Shown here piece after piece: positions 19,215 through 20,000 of a stretch of DNA of 20,000 bases (position 1 is the stretch's first letter; each line of letters begins with the position of its first letter). Below the pieces are notes generated by a model. That model saw nothing but the letters and a program-made list of their open reading frames with translations, did no database searches and was not told the DNA's origin. The position numbers and the translations under genes were made by a program. This DNA is from Batkoa obscura (Eukaryota): the NCBI GenBank assembly GCA_030770535.1, contig JASVEC010000010.1, forward strand, positions 1,486,591-1,506,590. Reading direction: 5' to 3'.

Positions 19215-20000
19215 TTAGGGTTAGGGTTAGGGTTAGGGTTAGGGTTAGGGTTAGGGTTAGGGTTAGGGTTAGGGTTAGGGTTAGGGTTAGGGTTAGGGTT
19301 AGGGTTAGGGTTAGGGTTAGGGTTAGGGTTAGGGTTAGGGTTAGGGTTAGGGTTAGGGTTAGGGTTAGGGTTAGGGTTAGGGTTAGGGTTAGGGTTAGGG
19401 TTAGGGTTAGGGTTAGGGTTAGGGTTAGGGTTAGGGTTAGGGTTAGGGTTAGGGTTAGGGTTAGGGTTAGGGTTAGGGTTAGGGTTAGGGTTAGGGTTAG
19501 GGTTAGGGTTAGGGTTAGGGTTAGGGTTAGGGTTAGGGTTAGGGTTAGGGTTAGGGTTAGGGTTAGGGTTAGGGTTAGGGTTAGGGTTAGGGTTAGGGTT
19601 AGGGTTAGGGTTAGGGTTAGGGTTAGGGTTAGGGTTAGGGTTAGGGTTAGGGTTAGGGTTAGGGTTAGGGTTAGGGTTAGGGTTAGGGTTAGGGTTAGGG
19701 TTAGGGTTAGGGTTAGGGTTAGGGTTAGGGTTAGGGTTAGGGTTAGGGTTAGGGTTAGGGTTAGGGTTAGGGTTAGGGTTAGGGTTAGGGTTAGGGTTAG
19801 GGTTAGGGTTAGGGTTAGGGTTAGGGTTAGGGTTAGGGTTAGGGTTAGGGTTAGGGTTAGGGTTAGGGTTAGGGTTAGGGTTAGGGTTAGGGTTAGGGTT
19901 AGGGTTAGGGTTAGGGTTAGGGTTAGGGTTAGGGTTAGGGTTAGGGTTAGGGTTAGGGTTAGGGTTAGGGTTAGGGTTAGGGTTAGGGTTAGGGTTAGGG
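19215..20000 (+). repeat. Telomeric repeat array (TTAGGG)131, G-rich strand running 5'->3' toward the end
   Basis: 786 bp of uninterrupted TTAGGG to the end of the window, in the orientation expected for a right chromosome end. Confidence 0.99.

Overview
This is the right-hand end of a chromosome from a very AT-rich, compact eukaryote, most likely an early-diverging fungus (inferred from protein style, CBM19-like and Opy2-like domains, and 39-70 nt introns). I can support eight protein-coding genes: two secreted low-complexity proteins with a CBM19-like Cys domain, Hsp110/Sse1 (4 exons), a family III CoA-transferase (7 exons), an Opy2-like membrane anchor, a 1150-aa protein with a degenerate Sec7 domain inside a split PH domain (4 exons), the ADP/ATP carrier (2 exons) and a METTL16-family m6A methyltransferase (11 exons). 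All spliced models were built by hand and their frames close. Non-coding features are four copies of a ~105-bp MITE-like hairpin element, a 422-bp TG...CA solo-LTR-like element fused directly to the telomere, and 131 perfect TTAGGG repeats. The best leads are the LTR/telomere junction, METTL16-substrate-like motifs over a splice acceptor of the METTL16 gene itself, a resilin/extensin-like repeat protein with a likely chitin-binding domain, and the Sec7 pseudo-GEF.
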